From IMG/VR virus record IMGVR_UViG_3300032038_009890, positions 128,001-192,000 of that record: DNA of 64,000 nt. One strand, 5' to 3'. The position numbers and the translations under genes were made by a program. This DNA is from a virus (lineage: Duplodnaviria > Caudoviricetes). Below the pieces are notes generated by a model. That model was given only the letters and a program-made list of their open reading frames with translations. It made no database searches and was not told where the DNA came from. Positions 1 to 9,021 of the stretch are shown here, piece after piece; the first letter of the stretch is position 1; every line of letters begins with the position of its first letter.

Positions 1-68
1 CGGATGCAGGTGATGCTCCTGCGCCTTTGGTGTCAAAGACCAACTTGCTACTGTTACACCAATCCGCT
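1..68 (-). tRNA. tRNA-Gln(UUG), 3' end cut off by the window edge
   Basis: Reverse complement AGCGGAT-TG-GTGTAACAGTAGCA-AG-TTGGT CTTTGAC ACCAA-AGGC-GCAGG AGCATCA CCTGC-ATCCG; anticodon TTG; atypical T loop. Confidence 0.8.
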
Positions 69-141
69 ATTTGTCTTGAATCTATCTATAATTTCTCTAA
101 TTGGCGAGTCAAGATAATTATAGCTGTCATTCAAGGTTTAG

Positions 142-228
142 TACAGGTGAAGGGATTCGAACCCTCGATAATTCCTATAGAATTGACGGATTAAAAGTCC
201 GTTGCCATGGCCACTAGGCGACACCTGC
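142..228 (-). tRNA. tRNA-Lys(UUU) with a long variable arm
   Basis: Acceptor GCAGGTG/CACCTGT; anticodon arm ACGGA CTTTTAA TCCGT; extra arm AATTC-TATAG-GAATT; T arm GAGGG TTCGAAT CCCTT. Confidence 0.85.
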
Positions 229-394
229 ATGATTTCTGGCTACTAAACCCTCGCGGGAAAACGTTCACCAGAAAATCCGTTTTTTCTTAGTAAATAGCAT
301 TAGTGTTAATTATCGTCTGTAACATAAATCTTTGGAGCTTCGCTCCATTTTCTACACGCTATGTAGTTTTCAAGGATCAGGGGTACTACTAAAA

Positions 395-458
395 CAAAGC
401 GGAGGAAGTCGAATCCTCAACCTGCGCATCAGTGCCGCTCTCCGAGAGCTACACTTCA
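395..458 (-). pseudogene. Degenerate tRNA-like element with a shrunken anticodon arm
   Basis: Acceptor GAAGTG/CGCTTT, D arm GCTC TCGGA GAGC, T arm GAGGA TTCGACT TCCTC; no canonical anticodon arm. Confidence 0.55.
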
Positions 459-624
459 TAAAAATCGTCTACCAAAACCCTCGCGGGAAACAGTCAACGA
501 TCAATCTGTTTTTTACAAAACGAAACAAACACAGAAGGAAATCAAAATGAAGAAAAACTTCTTCACCCCTACGGTAACTGCCCCGTCACCGTTCTTTTAC
601 ACCTCACTTCTCAACACGAGGACT

Positions 625-653
625 ATTATACGCATATCCGACCCTCCTGTCAA
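625..653 (-). promoter_or_regulatory. sigmaA promoter for the tRNA cluster
   Basis: TTGACA-N17-TATAAT on the minus strand. Confidence 0.75.
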
Positions 654-672
654 TAGTTTACGCCTGTAAGTT

Positions 673-936
673 TTACTTCTCCTCCGAGAACATGATCATA
701 TAATCGTTACCCTTACAGGTAAACTCATATACATCATAGCTCTCATCATACTCAGCATTATCATCAATCTCAATCATCATATCTATAGTGTTATTTTGTG
801 CAGATAAAAGATTCTCAAACATCTCTACGTCACTAGGCGCAAACCATGCATGCAATATCTGGTTACCATTATTGTCATATACATAGATGTGCAAAAAACT
901 ATATTTGCCCTCTGAAATGCGCTCGGATAAATTCAT
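673..936 (-). CDS. Hypothetical protein
   Basis: ORF with AAGGAG RBS, downstream of the mrpR-like gene. Confidence 0.6.
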   Translation of the reverse strand: MNLSERISEGKYSFLHIYVYDNNGNQILHAWFAPSDVEMFENLLSAQNNTIDMMIEIDDNAEYDESYDVYEFTCKGNDYMIMFSEEK

Positions 937-974
937 TGATAAATAACTCCTTTCTTAAACACAGGGAGCCTACC

Positions 975-1898
975 TTAAAGATAGGCCCCATACTTCTGCA
1001 AATACATATACGGTATATTTGGTGACATATTGTATTGCGCGCGTAACTCATCAAAATGATTCATTACATATTGCTCTTTACTGATACCCAACTTCTCTGC
1101 ACGTCTAGTAATCATTGCAATCTGCCCAGACACAGCAATAGATGTGCTGTTGATGCCCTTATACAGGTTATAATTATCAGCAATCTGTTTAAGTATCTTT
1201 GCAACAATCTTATTATTATGCAAAGGATCGTTACTATACTGGTTAGCATTAGTAGCCTTCTTAAAGATATATTCAGATGCTCCTAAACGCTTCTTCTTCC
1301 CAGATACAACTAGCAGATACTCTAACTCAATATCTGCTTCTACTGCAACACTCACTAGCTTACTAGATACCTTAACTACGCGCCCAGTGCAAAGAGATAT
1401 AGTCAGATTCTTCTGATCAATATCAGAAAGCTTCATTTGCATTATCTCATCATAGTGCGATGTTTTTCCAAACTCAAAGAGACACAGCATCAGAAACTGA
1501 TCTCTTGGATTAACAATCCTCTCAACTACTTCATAAAATTCAATCTCATCAATATACCTTTTACTCTCCAGAACTTTGTTTATGTACATCGAGAAGTCTT
1601 TTGATGTAAATTCTGAGTAATGATTACATCCGTCCGGAACCAGTAACTGCTGATTGCACCACTCAGTATAACCGCTCAATCGACTATTAAGTGTTTTATA
1701 AACAAACTCATTAGAGTAGCAAAGCGCAGAGTAAAAATCTCCGATCTCACGGTTACTAAACTCGGCACAATCTCTGCCAAATAACTCCTCAAAAGGTGCG
1801 ACACGTATAAATGCCGACATAAGATTAGTTACATATGTAGGAGAGTACTTAGTCTCACATAAATCCAAATAACGTTGCTTCTGCTCGGCATTATACAT
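975..1898 (-). CDS. MrpR/YopR-like master repressor (tyrosine-recombinase fold, lacking catalytic residues)
   Basis: MYNAEQKQRYL start and VNPRDQFLMLCLFE segment resemble SPbeta YopR; integrase-like without HxxR; follows the DGQHR gene as in yopQ-yopR. Confidence 0.7.
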   Translation of the reverse strand: MYNAEQKQRYLDLCETKYSPTYVTNLMSAFIRVAPFEELFGRDCAEFSNREIGDFYSALCYSNEFVYKTLNSRLSGYTEWCNQQLLVPDGCNHYSEFTSKDFSMYINKVLESKRYIDEIEFYEVVERIVNPRDQFLMLCLFEFGKTSHYDEIMQMKLSDIDQKNLTISLCTGRVVKVSSKLVSVAVEADIELEYLLVVSGKKKRLGASEYIFKKATNANQYSNDPLHNNKIVAKILKQIADNYNLYKGINSTSIAVSGQIAMITRRAEKLGISKEQYVMNHFDELRAQYNMSPNIPYMYLQKYGAYL

Positions 1899-3135
1899 AA
1901 CCAGATACCTCCCGCAAAAGCTTAATAGCATATCTGTCAGCACTTACATTTAATATCTTTTTTTGATCGCTCTTGTATTCGTAGTTCCAAAGAATATTAA
2001 AAAGATCGATCAGTCTATCATCTTTTGGTTTTCCGTAATACTTGCAGATACAAAATGCAAAAATCCTGACTTCCGCAATGGTAAATATCCTGTTATCATC
2101 GAGTAGTTCCGTGTGCTCATCCGTGATGGCGTTAATCCCTCTCTCTAAGTCCCTGGGCACCGTAGCCAGGGCTTTTTTCTTTTCGTCATCGCTCATCTTT
2201 TTGATCAGGTCCTCGTTGATCATGTTAGCGAATGCGGAAAAATCCACCGCACCGCCATTGGAGATACGCCCTGCTAGGTTGCATGAGGACTCATTAATCC
2301 TGCGGACGATTTTAGTCGTAATATCACTTAGATTATACGACTTAATTGCATCCTTGGGAATAGGTGTATGTTGCTCCTCCTGCCAAATAAATTGGACAGC
2401 CTGATCATCTGAGAAGCACGTCAATCTAAGCTCCATGGGATAGTTAAAATTTGGGTCGGCATCTACTGCTTTCGTCAATGCTACAAGACGATGATATCCA
2501 TCCGTAAGGTCAAAGTATTCCAAACTGCTGATAATTAGCTCTTTTTTCTCCGCGTCGTAATAAAAATCAGCATCATCTGGTAAATTAACGGTAATCGTGT
2601 TAGGAATAAATTTTCCCTTAATAAAAAGATTCACCATAGCAGTAATTGCCTTCTCTTTGAGACTAATCACCCTGTAGGCAATACCGCCGCGAACCTTAAT
2701 AGCCAAGCGTCTTTGTATCTCCTTGTTGTAACGCAGTATATGCCCGCGCCATTTAACAAGCTCTTTTGCGCTGACTACACTAATCCATTGCGAATCAGTA
2801 ACCTGTAATGCAGAAAGTACAATCGGAAACTTAACTTGGTTACTCTCATTTTTGAGCTTAGAATACAAGCTTATCTCAGCATCCGTAAACCAGTCACTGA
2901 GGCGCACATGTTTGTCATTAAGGCAGTCCAAAATCCAATAAATCTCCACATCTTTAAGCTCGGCAATAGATGCACCCATCGACAAAATAGTTTTGGCGCG
3001 GAACATGGACATACCATACTTGTGGTAGGCACGAGTCATAACATCTTGCTGTACCTTTTTGTCTGTCACGGCTTTGGCGAGGATTTCTTCCAGGAACGCG
3101 TTAATCTCTCGCCTGTCTTTTTTCATCGGCCCCAC
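1891..3135 (-). CDS. DGQHR/DndB-like ParB-family protein (YopQ-like)
   Basis: DLTDGYHR motif, IPNTITVNL, QRR; position upstream of the mrpR-like gene. Confidence 0.75.
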   Translation of the reverse strand: MGPMKKDRREINAFLEEILAKAVTDKKVQQDVMTRAYHKYGMSMFRAKTILSMGASIAELKDVEIYWILDCLNDKHVRLSDWFTDAEISLYSKLKNESNQVKFPIVLSALQVTDSQWISVVSAKELVKWRGHILRYNKEIQRRLAIKVRGGIAYRVISLKEKAITAMVNLFIKGKFIPNTITVNLPDDADFYYDAEKKELIISSLEYFDLTDGYHRLVALTKAVDADPNFNYPMELRLTCFSDDQAVQFIWQEEQHTPIPKDAIKSYNLSDITTKIVRRINESSCNLAGRISNGGAVDFSAFANMINEDLIKKMSDDEKKKALATVPRDLERGINAITDEHTELLDDNRIFTIAEVRIFAFCICKYYGKPKDDRLIDLFNILWNYEYKSDQKKILNVSADRYAIKLLREVSGYV

Positions 3136-3290
3136 TCCTTTCTAAAACTCGATTTTACTATAGTAAACTATCTCCTGTCAATGTTAATATTGCACAAAAA
3201 CTAACGGAAAATCTCCCACATTTTCTCTCTTGACAAGCCCGGCTCAGGCGAATACTATTTATAACTGCCCTCGACTGATCAGTCCCTTAG

Positions 3291-3362
3291 TTATCCACAT
3301 TATCCACTCTATCAACACTTTCCACATTATCCACTTTGTCCACAACATCCACATTATCCACA
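3291..3362 (+). repeat. Tandem array of eight DnaA-box 9-mers
   Basis: TTATCCACA, TTATCCACT, CTATCAACA, CTTTCCACA, TTATCCACT, TTGTCCACA, ACATCCACA, TTATCCACA abutting at a 9-bp period. Confidence 0.85.
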
Positions 3363-3612
3363 TTCAAAACACATATACTAATACTCATAAATAATATATA
3401 CTATAGCATTATATAATTTACGCTATATAATTACACTATATTTAACACTATATACTATAGCGTTAATTACAGTATATACTTTAGTGATAAATATTAAAAA
3501 TCACCCTAAGCGCCAATATACACTAAAGCGTTAATTATATTAAATACTTTAGTGATATATTATAGCATACACTATAAAACCACCGAGTTTCTATAATCTA
3601 TATTATATAAAT
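3363..3612. other. AT-rich tract with short repeats, candidate unwinding element of a replication origin
   Basis: Very AT-rich and ORF-free; repeated TATACTATAGC, AGCGTTAATTA and TACTTTAGTGATA units; adjoins the DnaA boxes. Confidence 0.6.
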
Positions 3613-4099
3613 AGGGCTGACTTGCATCAGGTGGTGGATGAATACATGATAGACTCACTCCCGCATAATCTGCATCCTTCCCGACGCTCCAGAAGGCCTC
3701 TCTTTTGCACGTAAGCGGCCGTAGAGCCACCTCAAACGCCCCGCCCTAACAATTCTGCCACTGCAATCTCCTGCGCCTTCTGAGGCTGTTATATGCGAAT
3801 AATGTTTCCTTGCGTTTTGAGGGCCATACAGACCATCCTGCTCTGCACCCTAAGAAGATACCAACCAACTCCAAAGACAAAGAAAGAGGCCGTCTCTCTT
3901 TCGAAAGACAGCCTCTTCTGTTACGCTACACTCTGGAACTTCGGCCTCGTGATAATTGTCTGGTTTTCGTTGCGGTAAACGCTGTGGTCCTTAATCTTTG
4001 CTCTTACCATTGCCGTATCTCCCACATTGTCAATGATCAGTTTTCGCCTACTGCTTAAGGATGAACCTTCTGCAGTGGCTGTTCTCTTGAACTGATATA

Positions 4100-4128
4100 A
4101 GTGTACACCTATATAGTTCCCCTGTCAA
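4100..4128 (-). promoter_or_regulatory. Early promoter, copy 1 of 10
   Basis: TTGACA-N17-TACACT with AGGTGTACACTT core. Confidence 0.8.
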
Positions 4129-4184
4129 CACTTTTTTGAAAAAAAATAAAATCCCCTCACCATCGAGGCGAGGGGGACTCCTGA

Positions 4185-4388
4185 TCACTTCCCAGACTGA
4201 GCAATGTCCCTACGGATAAGGTCTTTTATGTATCCCTGCTTGCCTCCCTCCGCCTTAGACATATCCTCCAGCCTATCTAAGATATCTTTATCTGTATTAA
4301 AATTAAGTTTAAGCTTAACCTGCGTCGTATTGGCATTGTCATATATCTTGTTAGCAATGCGCTGTGCCTCTGTGGTAGTGTGCGTCAT
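4185..4388 (-). CDS. Small ribbon-helix-helix-type DNA-binding or antitoxin-like protein
   Basis: AQRIANKIYD..QVKLKLN..TDKDIL..KQGYIKDLIRRDI pattern; GGAGG RBS. Confidence 0.65.
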   Translation of the reverse strand: MTHTTTEAQRIANKIYDNANTTQVKLKLNFNTDKDILDRLEDMSKAEGGKQGYIKDLIRRDIAQSGK

Positions 4389-4546
4389 ATTATCTCCTCC
4401 TATCCCTTAATATACCACAAGAGCGCCGCATTAGACAACAAGTCCATACTCCCTGATCAGTCTCCGCATCACCATCTCATAACCATTCGCCTTCATGGTC
4501 CTGTCCACGTCCCTCTTACTATACGTCATTGCTCTAGCCCTCCTCT

Positions 4547-4726
4547 TTAGCGCGTGTTTCGCCTCTGCACCTCATCGTTGATCATCTGCATATACTTCTC
4601 AGGGGTAAGGGTGGGAGGCACCTCCCTGCCCTTGTATCTGTACAAATCAAGGTCCTTCCTCGCGGTATCAATATCCACCGCCGTGGTGACATGGGAAAAG
4701 ATTTCCTTCGCTAGTGCATATCCCAT
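4547..4726 (-). CDS. Hypothetical protein (59 aa)
   Basis: ATG..TAA ORF with AAGGGG RBS. Confidence 0.5.
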   Translation of the reverse strand: MGYALAKEIFSHVTTAVDIDTARKDLDLYRYKGREVPPTLTPEKYMQMINDEVQRRNTR

Positions 4727-4786
4727 AATTAGTTATCCCCTTTCCGAGGCCCCAGGGCTATGCCTAGGAGCCTCTCTCAGCAGTGG

Positions 4787-5800
4787 TTATCCCTCGATGT
4801 GTGAAAACATCTTATCACCCATCAGCCTCGCGACCTTCTCCTGCTTTCTACGATTGTCGATGTAGCGAGTGGTCACAGAAACGCTCCCATGACCCGCTCT
4901 GTCAGCAGCGGCGTAGATATCACCAGTCTCCAGATAGGTATTGGTGATGCACGTAACGCGCATCTTATGCGGCGTGATGTGCTTGTCAAGGCCCTGCGTG
5001 TGCTTGCGAATCATCTTTTCGATGGTCTTCGCGGTAATCCGCTCACGGCCTTCACCGTTCTCGGAATTCCGCAGGAACAGGGCGGAGGTGGTCTTCTCTT
5101 CGCCGCGCTCGGCGAGGTAAGCCTTGACGAGAGCAATCATGTGTTCATCAAGACGGATCGTCCGCTCGTGGTGACCCTTTTCGATGACCTCCAGAGTGCA
5201 GTGGTCAAAATCAAAATCGTCCACATCAACCTCGGAGAGGGCCTGTGCGCGAAGCCCGCTGTAGCACCCAAGCATAAATAAGCACTCGTCACGCTTAGCA
5301 AACAAGGAATGTTCGCGGATGTGCTGAACAACCTTATTCATCTCATCGTAGGTCATGGCTACGACTTTATGCTCAGTCTTTTCCTTTGGGACGATTGCCT
5401 GAAGGTCCTCTAAGTCGATCATGGGGGACTCCTCGATGATCTTGCGCTTAACGAGGAAGTTGAAAAACTTATTCAAAGCGAAGTACACACCCTTGATGGA
5501 GTCATACTTTACTGGTTTTCGAGTGCCATCCTTAAGAAGCCGCACCTTGATCGAATCAAAAAACGCCGTAATAACATCCACGTCGATCATGGTCCAAAGG
5601 TCCTTATCAAATGTGTCGAAACCCTGCTCATCAAGCCAGGTAAAAAACCGCTTAACGTGGTTAAGGTTGACATTCTTGGTAGTCTTCTGGCTCCCGGCAG
5701 ATGTGGAGTAGTACGACCGCAGGATGGGCGGGAACCCCTCCAAACCCTCGATAGCCTTCTGCTCCAACTGCATCTCATGCTCAAACCTTCCAGATAACAT
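4787..5800 (-). CDS. Tyrosine recombinase/integrase (YopP-like)
   Basis: Catalytic motifs SGLRAQAL, EKG, TPHKMR, AGH, TTRY. Confidence 0.9.
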   Translation of the reverse strand: MLSGRFEHEMQLEQKAIEGLEGFPPILRSYYSTSAGSQKTTKNVNLNHVKRFFTWLDEQGFDTFDKDLWTMIDVDVITAFFDSIKVRLLKDGTRKPVKYDSIKGVYFALNKFFNFLVKRKIIEESPMIDLEDLQAIVPKEKTEHKVVAMTYDEMNKVVQHIREHSLFAKRDECLFMLGCYSGLRAQALSEVDVDDFDFDHCTLEVIEKGHHERTIRLDEHMIALVKAYLAERGEEKTTSALFLRNSENGEGRERITAKTIEKMIRKHTQGLDKHITPHKMRVTCITNTYLETGDIYAAADRAGHGSVSVTTRYIDNRRKQEKVARLMGDKMFSHIEG

Positions 5801-5979
5801 TTCTCATTCCTCCTATGCGTTTGTTTAGATTACTTATCGCCTTGCAAGAAATATTTTACCCCCTCCCTCTCTGATTTGCAATAGGTAATTCTGCACAAAA
5901 AGTACCGGTCCCTTTTTGTACATATTGCACAAACCGCACAAAAGGATAAAAAAAAGAAGGGGCATTTGCCCCTTCTCAT

Positions 5980-7074
5980 TTACCCCTCAACTGCCGTATC
6001 TGCGGCCTCCGTGGTCTCCGTAGCCTCTGCCGCATCCGTGGTCGCCGCGGTGCATCCGAGATTATGCTCGGCGCAGTAGGTATCAAAGCTCTCTCCCATG
6101 ATCATGATGCGCGCAGTGGTAAGATCCCTCTTGATGGACCCGGAAGAACAGGCCTTAGCATAGCCATCCCCCGGCTTCCTATCCTTCGTGAACACATCAA
6201 ACCACGCGCCAAATTCCTCGGGAGACACACCCATCCAGATGGCCTTTTTGGCAGTTACCATCACAATGGGGATGTTGATTTTCTTCAGGTTCTTATGCCT
6301 TTTAGTAAAAGCCTTGCCGAGATAGTCCACAATACTCTCCAGAGTCTTGGTGTTCTCCTCGCCGTAACCATCCCGCAGAGACGTAGCATAGTCAAACATA
6401 TCTGCCTCAGAGATAGTCTTGTACTTATAGTCGTTCAGCAAGGCCATGCCCTGGATAAGGGCAAGCTGATCAGCACTCCTGCGGTACTGGAGCGGAGAGA
6501 AGGAGCAGTACTCAGCAAAAAAAGGCTTTGCCAGAAGCCTACTAATAAGCTCCGCGGTCTCCCTGCCCATCTTTGCTTTGCTCCTCTGATTCTTGGTCAG
6601 AGCTACGCCATTGTTGAGGCGAAAGAACATCTCCTCGATTTCCTCGTCAGTAAAATCCTCCAGATTGATGCAGGAAAAGCTATATCTCTTAATAGCCTCC
6701 TGCACATCCACAGGGAGATCACAAAAATACTTCCCGGCAAGCTCAATTTCCTGCTTGCGGAACGTGATGGGCGGAACATCGTCCCCCAGAGGAAACTCCC
6801 CGTTGATGTAGCCGATCACTACGGTGATACGCTGTAATCCGTCAACAATCTCCATGCGATACAGCACCCTGCCATTTTCCTGCCCCAGAAGGGCCTTGGA
6901 GAAATAGAGGTACGGAATAACATAACCACACAGCATGGAGTGGATGAGCAAGCCCTTGCTATCCTCAGACCACTGGTCACTCCTACGCTGAAGGTAGCTC
7001 TCCTCCACAAGAGTGCCATCCTCGAGCATATCCATGATCTCAATGGTCGTAAATGAAACAACATTAATCTTCAT
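5980..7074 (-). CDS. DUF262 (ParB-like, GmrSD N-terminal) protein
   Basis: QRRSDQW, SMLCGYVIP, IVDGLQR, MFFRLNNGVALT. Confidence 0.85.
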   Translation of the reverse strand: MKINVVSFTTIEIMDMLEDGTLVEESYLQRRSDQWSEDSKGLLIHSMLCGYVIPYLYFSKALLGQENGRVLYRMEIVDGLQRITVVIGYINGEFPLGDDVPPITFRKQEIELAGKYFCDLPVDVQEAIKRYSFSCINLEDFTDEEIEEMFFRLNNGVALTKNQRSKAKMGRETAELISRLLAKPFFAEYCSFSPLQYRRSADQLALIQGMALLNDYKYKTISEADMFDYATSLRDGYGEENTKTLESIVDYLGKAFTKRHKNLKKINIPIVMVTAKKAIWMGVSPEEFGAWFDVFTKDRKPGDGYAKACSSGSIKRDLTTARIMIMGESFDTYCAEHNLGCTAATTDAAEATETTEAADTAVEG

Positions 7075-7103
7075 CTTTGATATTCCTTTCTGTTAGTTTT
7101 CGT

Positions 7104-7346
7104 CTAGTCCAAACACAAGGATGCATATTCCTGATAATCCTCAATGAGTCTAGGCATATCATCATCAGTAGCAAGTACAATCTCATCCTCGGCGTACCAA
7201 AAACGCGTGGTATGCATCAGCAGAGTATCCACAATATAGTAATCACCAATCTTATGGATAATCTGTCCAATCTCACCCTGCACGTAAGGCTCGGTCATAC
7301 CCTGCGGATGATCTACAGTAATCCGAACCATATCACCTACACTCAT
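7104..7346 (-). CDS. Hypothetical early protein (ends in TAG)
   Basis: Translationally coupled ORF in the operon. Confidence 0.55.
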   Translation of the reverse strand: MSVGDMVRITVDHPQGMTEPYVQGEIGQIIHKIGDYYIVDTLLMHTTRFWYAEDEIVLATDDDMPRLIEDYQEYASLCLD

Positions 7347-7636
7347 GCGGCAATTACCACCCTCTCCTTGATATAGTCCCTGACAGCACCATATCCTCTG
7401 CTGACTACATCATACGGCACTTTCACGGCATCTCCGCCGGGGATGTACAAATGATAGGAATCTGCATCACACTCGCCGTAGATATAGCGAGGATTCTGCT
7501 CGGAGCGAATCATAACCTGTATCTCACAGCGATCATAGTCAAGCTCGAAGGGCTTCCTTTCGCGCATTAACTCCACAATGTAGGGAGTTACAATCAGAAG
7601 CATATACTGATCACCTCCTCTCCACAGCAATCCCAT
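7343..7636 (-). CDS. Hypothetical early protein (true start probably near 7603)
   Basis: GGAGGTG RBS before MLLIVTP. Confidence 0.55.
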   Translation of the reverse strand: MGLLWRGGDQYMLLIVTPYIVELMRERKPFELDYDRCEIQVMIRSEQNPRYIYGECDADSYHLYIPGGDAVKVPYDVVSRGYGAVRDYIKERVVIAA

Positions 7637-7919
7637 TTTCCCGCAGGCAGGCTTCCAGAAGATCAGGCGTAAATTCCTCTACTGCCGGGATTTTGACCAC
7701 ATACGCGCCAACATGGTTGATGTAGTAGTCATCCCCTACAAGTACCCCGCTCAGGTAGTCAGATGCCTCGGGGTTGCGCCTGATATGATCCCACGCGTCC
7801 TCGCCCTTGAGGATGCTGATAAGCAGGTGGGGACCAAATTGGCACTCCAGACGCACAAAGTCTTCGCGCTTCTCGATACATTCATAAACGGCATTATCCA
7901 TCGTAAACACTCTTTTCAT
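7611..7919 (-). CDS. Hypothetical early protein
   Basis: AGGAGG RBS. Confidence 0.6.
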   Translation of the reverse strand: MKRVFTMDNAVYECIEKREDFVRLECQFGPHLLISILKGEDAWDHIRRNPEASDYLSGVLVGDDYYINHVGAYVVKIPAVEEFTPDLLEACLRENGIAVERR

Positions 7920-7931
7920 TTCCGTTTCCTC

Positions 7932-8351
7932 CTAAGATGCCCTTCTCAGGGCGCTTTGCGTCATTCTCTGCTTCATAGCCTGGGCCTCTTCCAACGTCAA
8001 CCATGCGAGTCTGCCAGTGTCGAGATGCAGAGCCACAATAGCCATCTCAAGCTTCTTTCGCATATCTTTTTCTAAGAGTAATTCCCAGTCCTTAGATGCC
8101 CAGTCAACCTCCGGGGCATACTCGCTACCATACAGGTCAAGGTAGACCATAGAGTGCCACTCCTCATCAGGCCCCTTGAGATATAGCTCGTAAGAGGGGA
8201 TAATTCCATCGTCCTCTACGCAGACATCCAAAACTACCATCGTGGAGCCGATGATGCCCACTGCCATGCCAGGAAGCATTTGAGGGTTCCCTTTCACTTC
8301 CCCAGTAAGTAGCTGACGCACATCCCTGTGCACCAGATTCATAAAATCCAT
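7932..8351 (-). CDS. Hypothetical early protein (TAG stop in frame with the next gene)
   Basis: AGGAG RBS; ends in TAG. Confidence 0.6.
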   Translation of the reverse strand: MDFMNLVHRDVRQLLTGEVKGNPQMLPGMAVGIIGSTMVVLDVCVEDDGIIPSYELYLKGPDEEWHSMVYLDLYGSEYAPEVDWASKDWELLLEKDMRKKLEMAIVALHLDTGRLAWLTLEEAQAMKQRMTQSALRRAS

Positions 8352-8367
8352 TACGTCTCCTCCTCTT

Positions 8368-8673
8368 TTAAGTCACGGTTATTGAGCTTAACCTTGACCT
8401 CATAGCCCCCATAGGGACTCTCCTGCACGTAGGCAATGTCTTCCACCCTGCGGACCCATGAGCGCATTTGACCCACCCGAAGGATATGCCACACGCCCCG
8501 TGATAGCGCTTTACATTGTAATTTACGTTATCAGAGATGCCCTTGCCATTGTCAGGTACAAGTGCCCACTGAGTCACACCAGTGTTAACATTCTGACGAG
8601 AGACAAGGATGTAATCCTTGCCCCTCTGAATCATGTCGGGCTCCTCGGTAAAGAGGATAAATACTCGGCGCAT
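8368..8673 (-). CDS. Hypothetical early protein
   Basis: GGAGG RBS. Confidence 0.5.
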   Translation of the reverse strand: MRRVFILFTEEPDMIQRGKDYILVSRQNVNTGVTQWALVPDNGKGISDNVNYNVKRYHGACGISFGWVKCAHGSAGWKTLPTCRRVPMGAMRSRLSSITVT

Positions 8674-8674
8674 A

Positions 8675-8983
8675 TCAGGCCCTCCCCTCTAAGATGCTGT
8701 TAACCATCTCAATCACCTGCTCCCGCGTCTTAAGCCCTGCGGCGAACGTGTGTTCTTCATTTCCATATGCCACCAGAAACTACTCGGCATAACCGCTGTT
8801 CCACTGGTAGATGTGGATTCCATCAACGAAGAACCCATCACAGCGCCGCTCCCAGTCCTTCGGGAAGCGAGGACGCTTGTAGTCCGCGGGAAGCTGAACG
8901 TCAATAGTCTTTTTGGCCTTGTCGTAGTTCTCTGCGGGGAACTCGGAGTAACTCTTCTTGTAAAGCGAATACGGCATCCTCAT
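8675..8983 (-). CDS. Hypothetical protein with one in-frame TAG (8780-8782)
   Basis: Read-through adds FLVAYGNEEHTF..LEGRA and ends at a TGA adjacent to the next start codon. Confidence 0.6.
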
Positions 8984-9021
8984 TTTGATATTCCTTTCTA
9001 GGCCTCTGCGTGTGCGATGGA

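Noticed and set aside
3291-3362. CRISPR array
   Set aside because: These are 9-bp repeats without spacers that match DnaA boxes; there are no cas genes and no repeat-spacer array in the window.
3921-4010. 29-aa peptide ORF as an arbitrium AimP
   Set aside because: No hydrophobic signal peptide and no TPR receptor gene nearby.
1891-7074. Dnd phosphorothioation or GmrSD restriction system
   Set aside because: Only isolated DGQHR and DUF262 domains are present, with no dndCDE genes or HNH partner; the context fits a phage lysogeny module.
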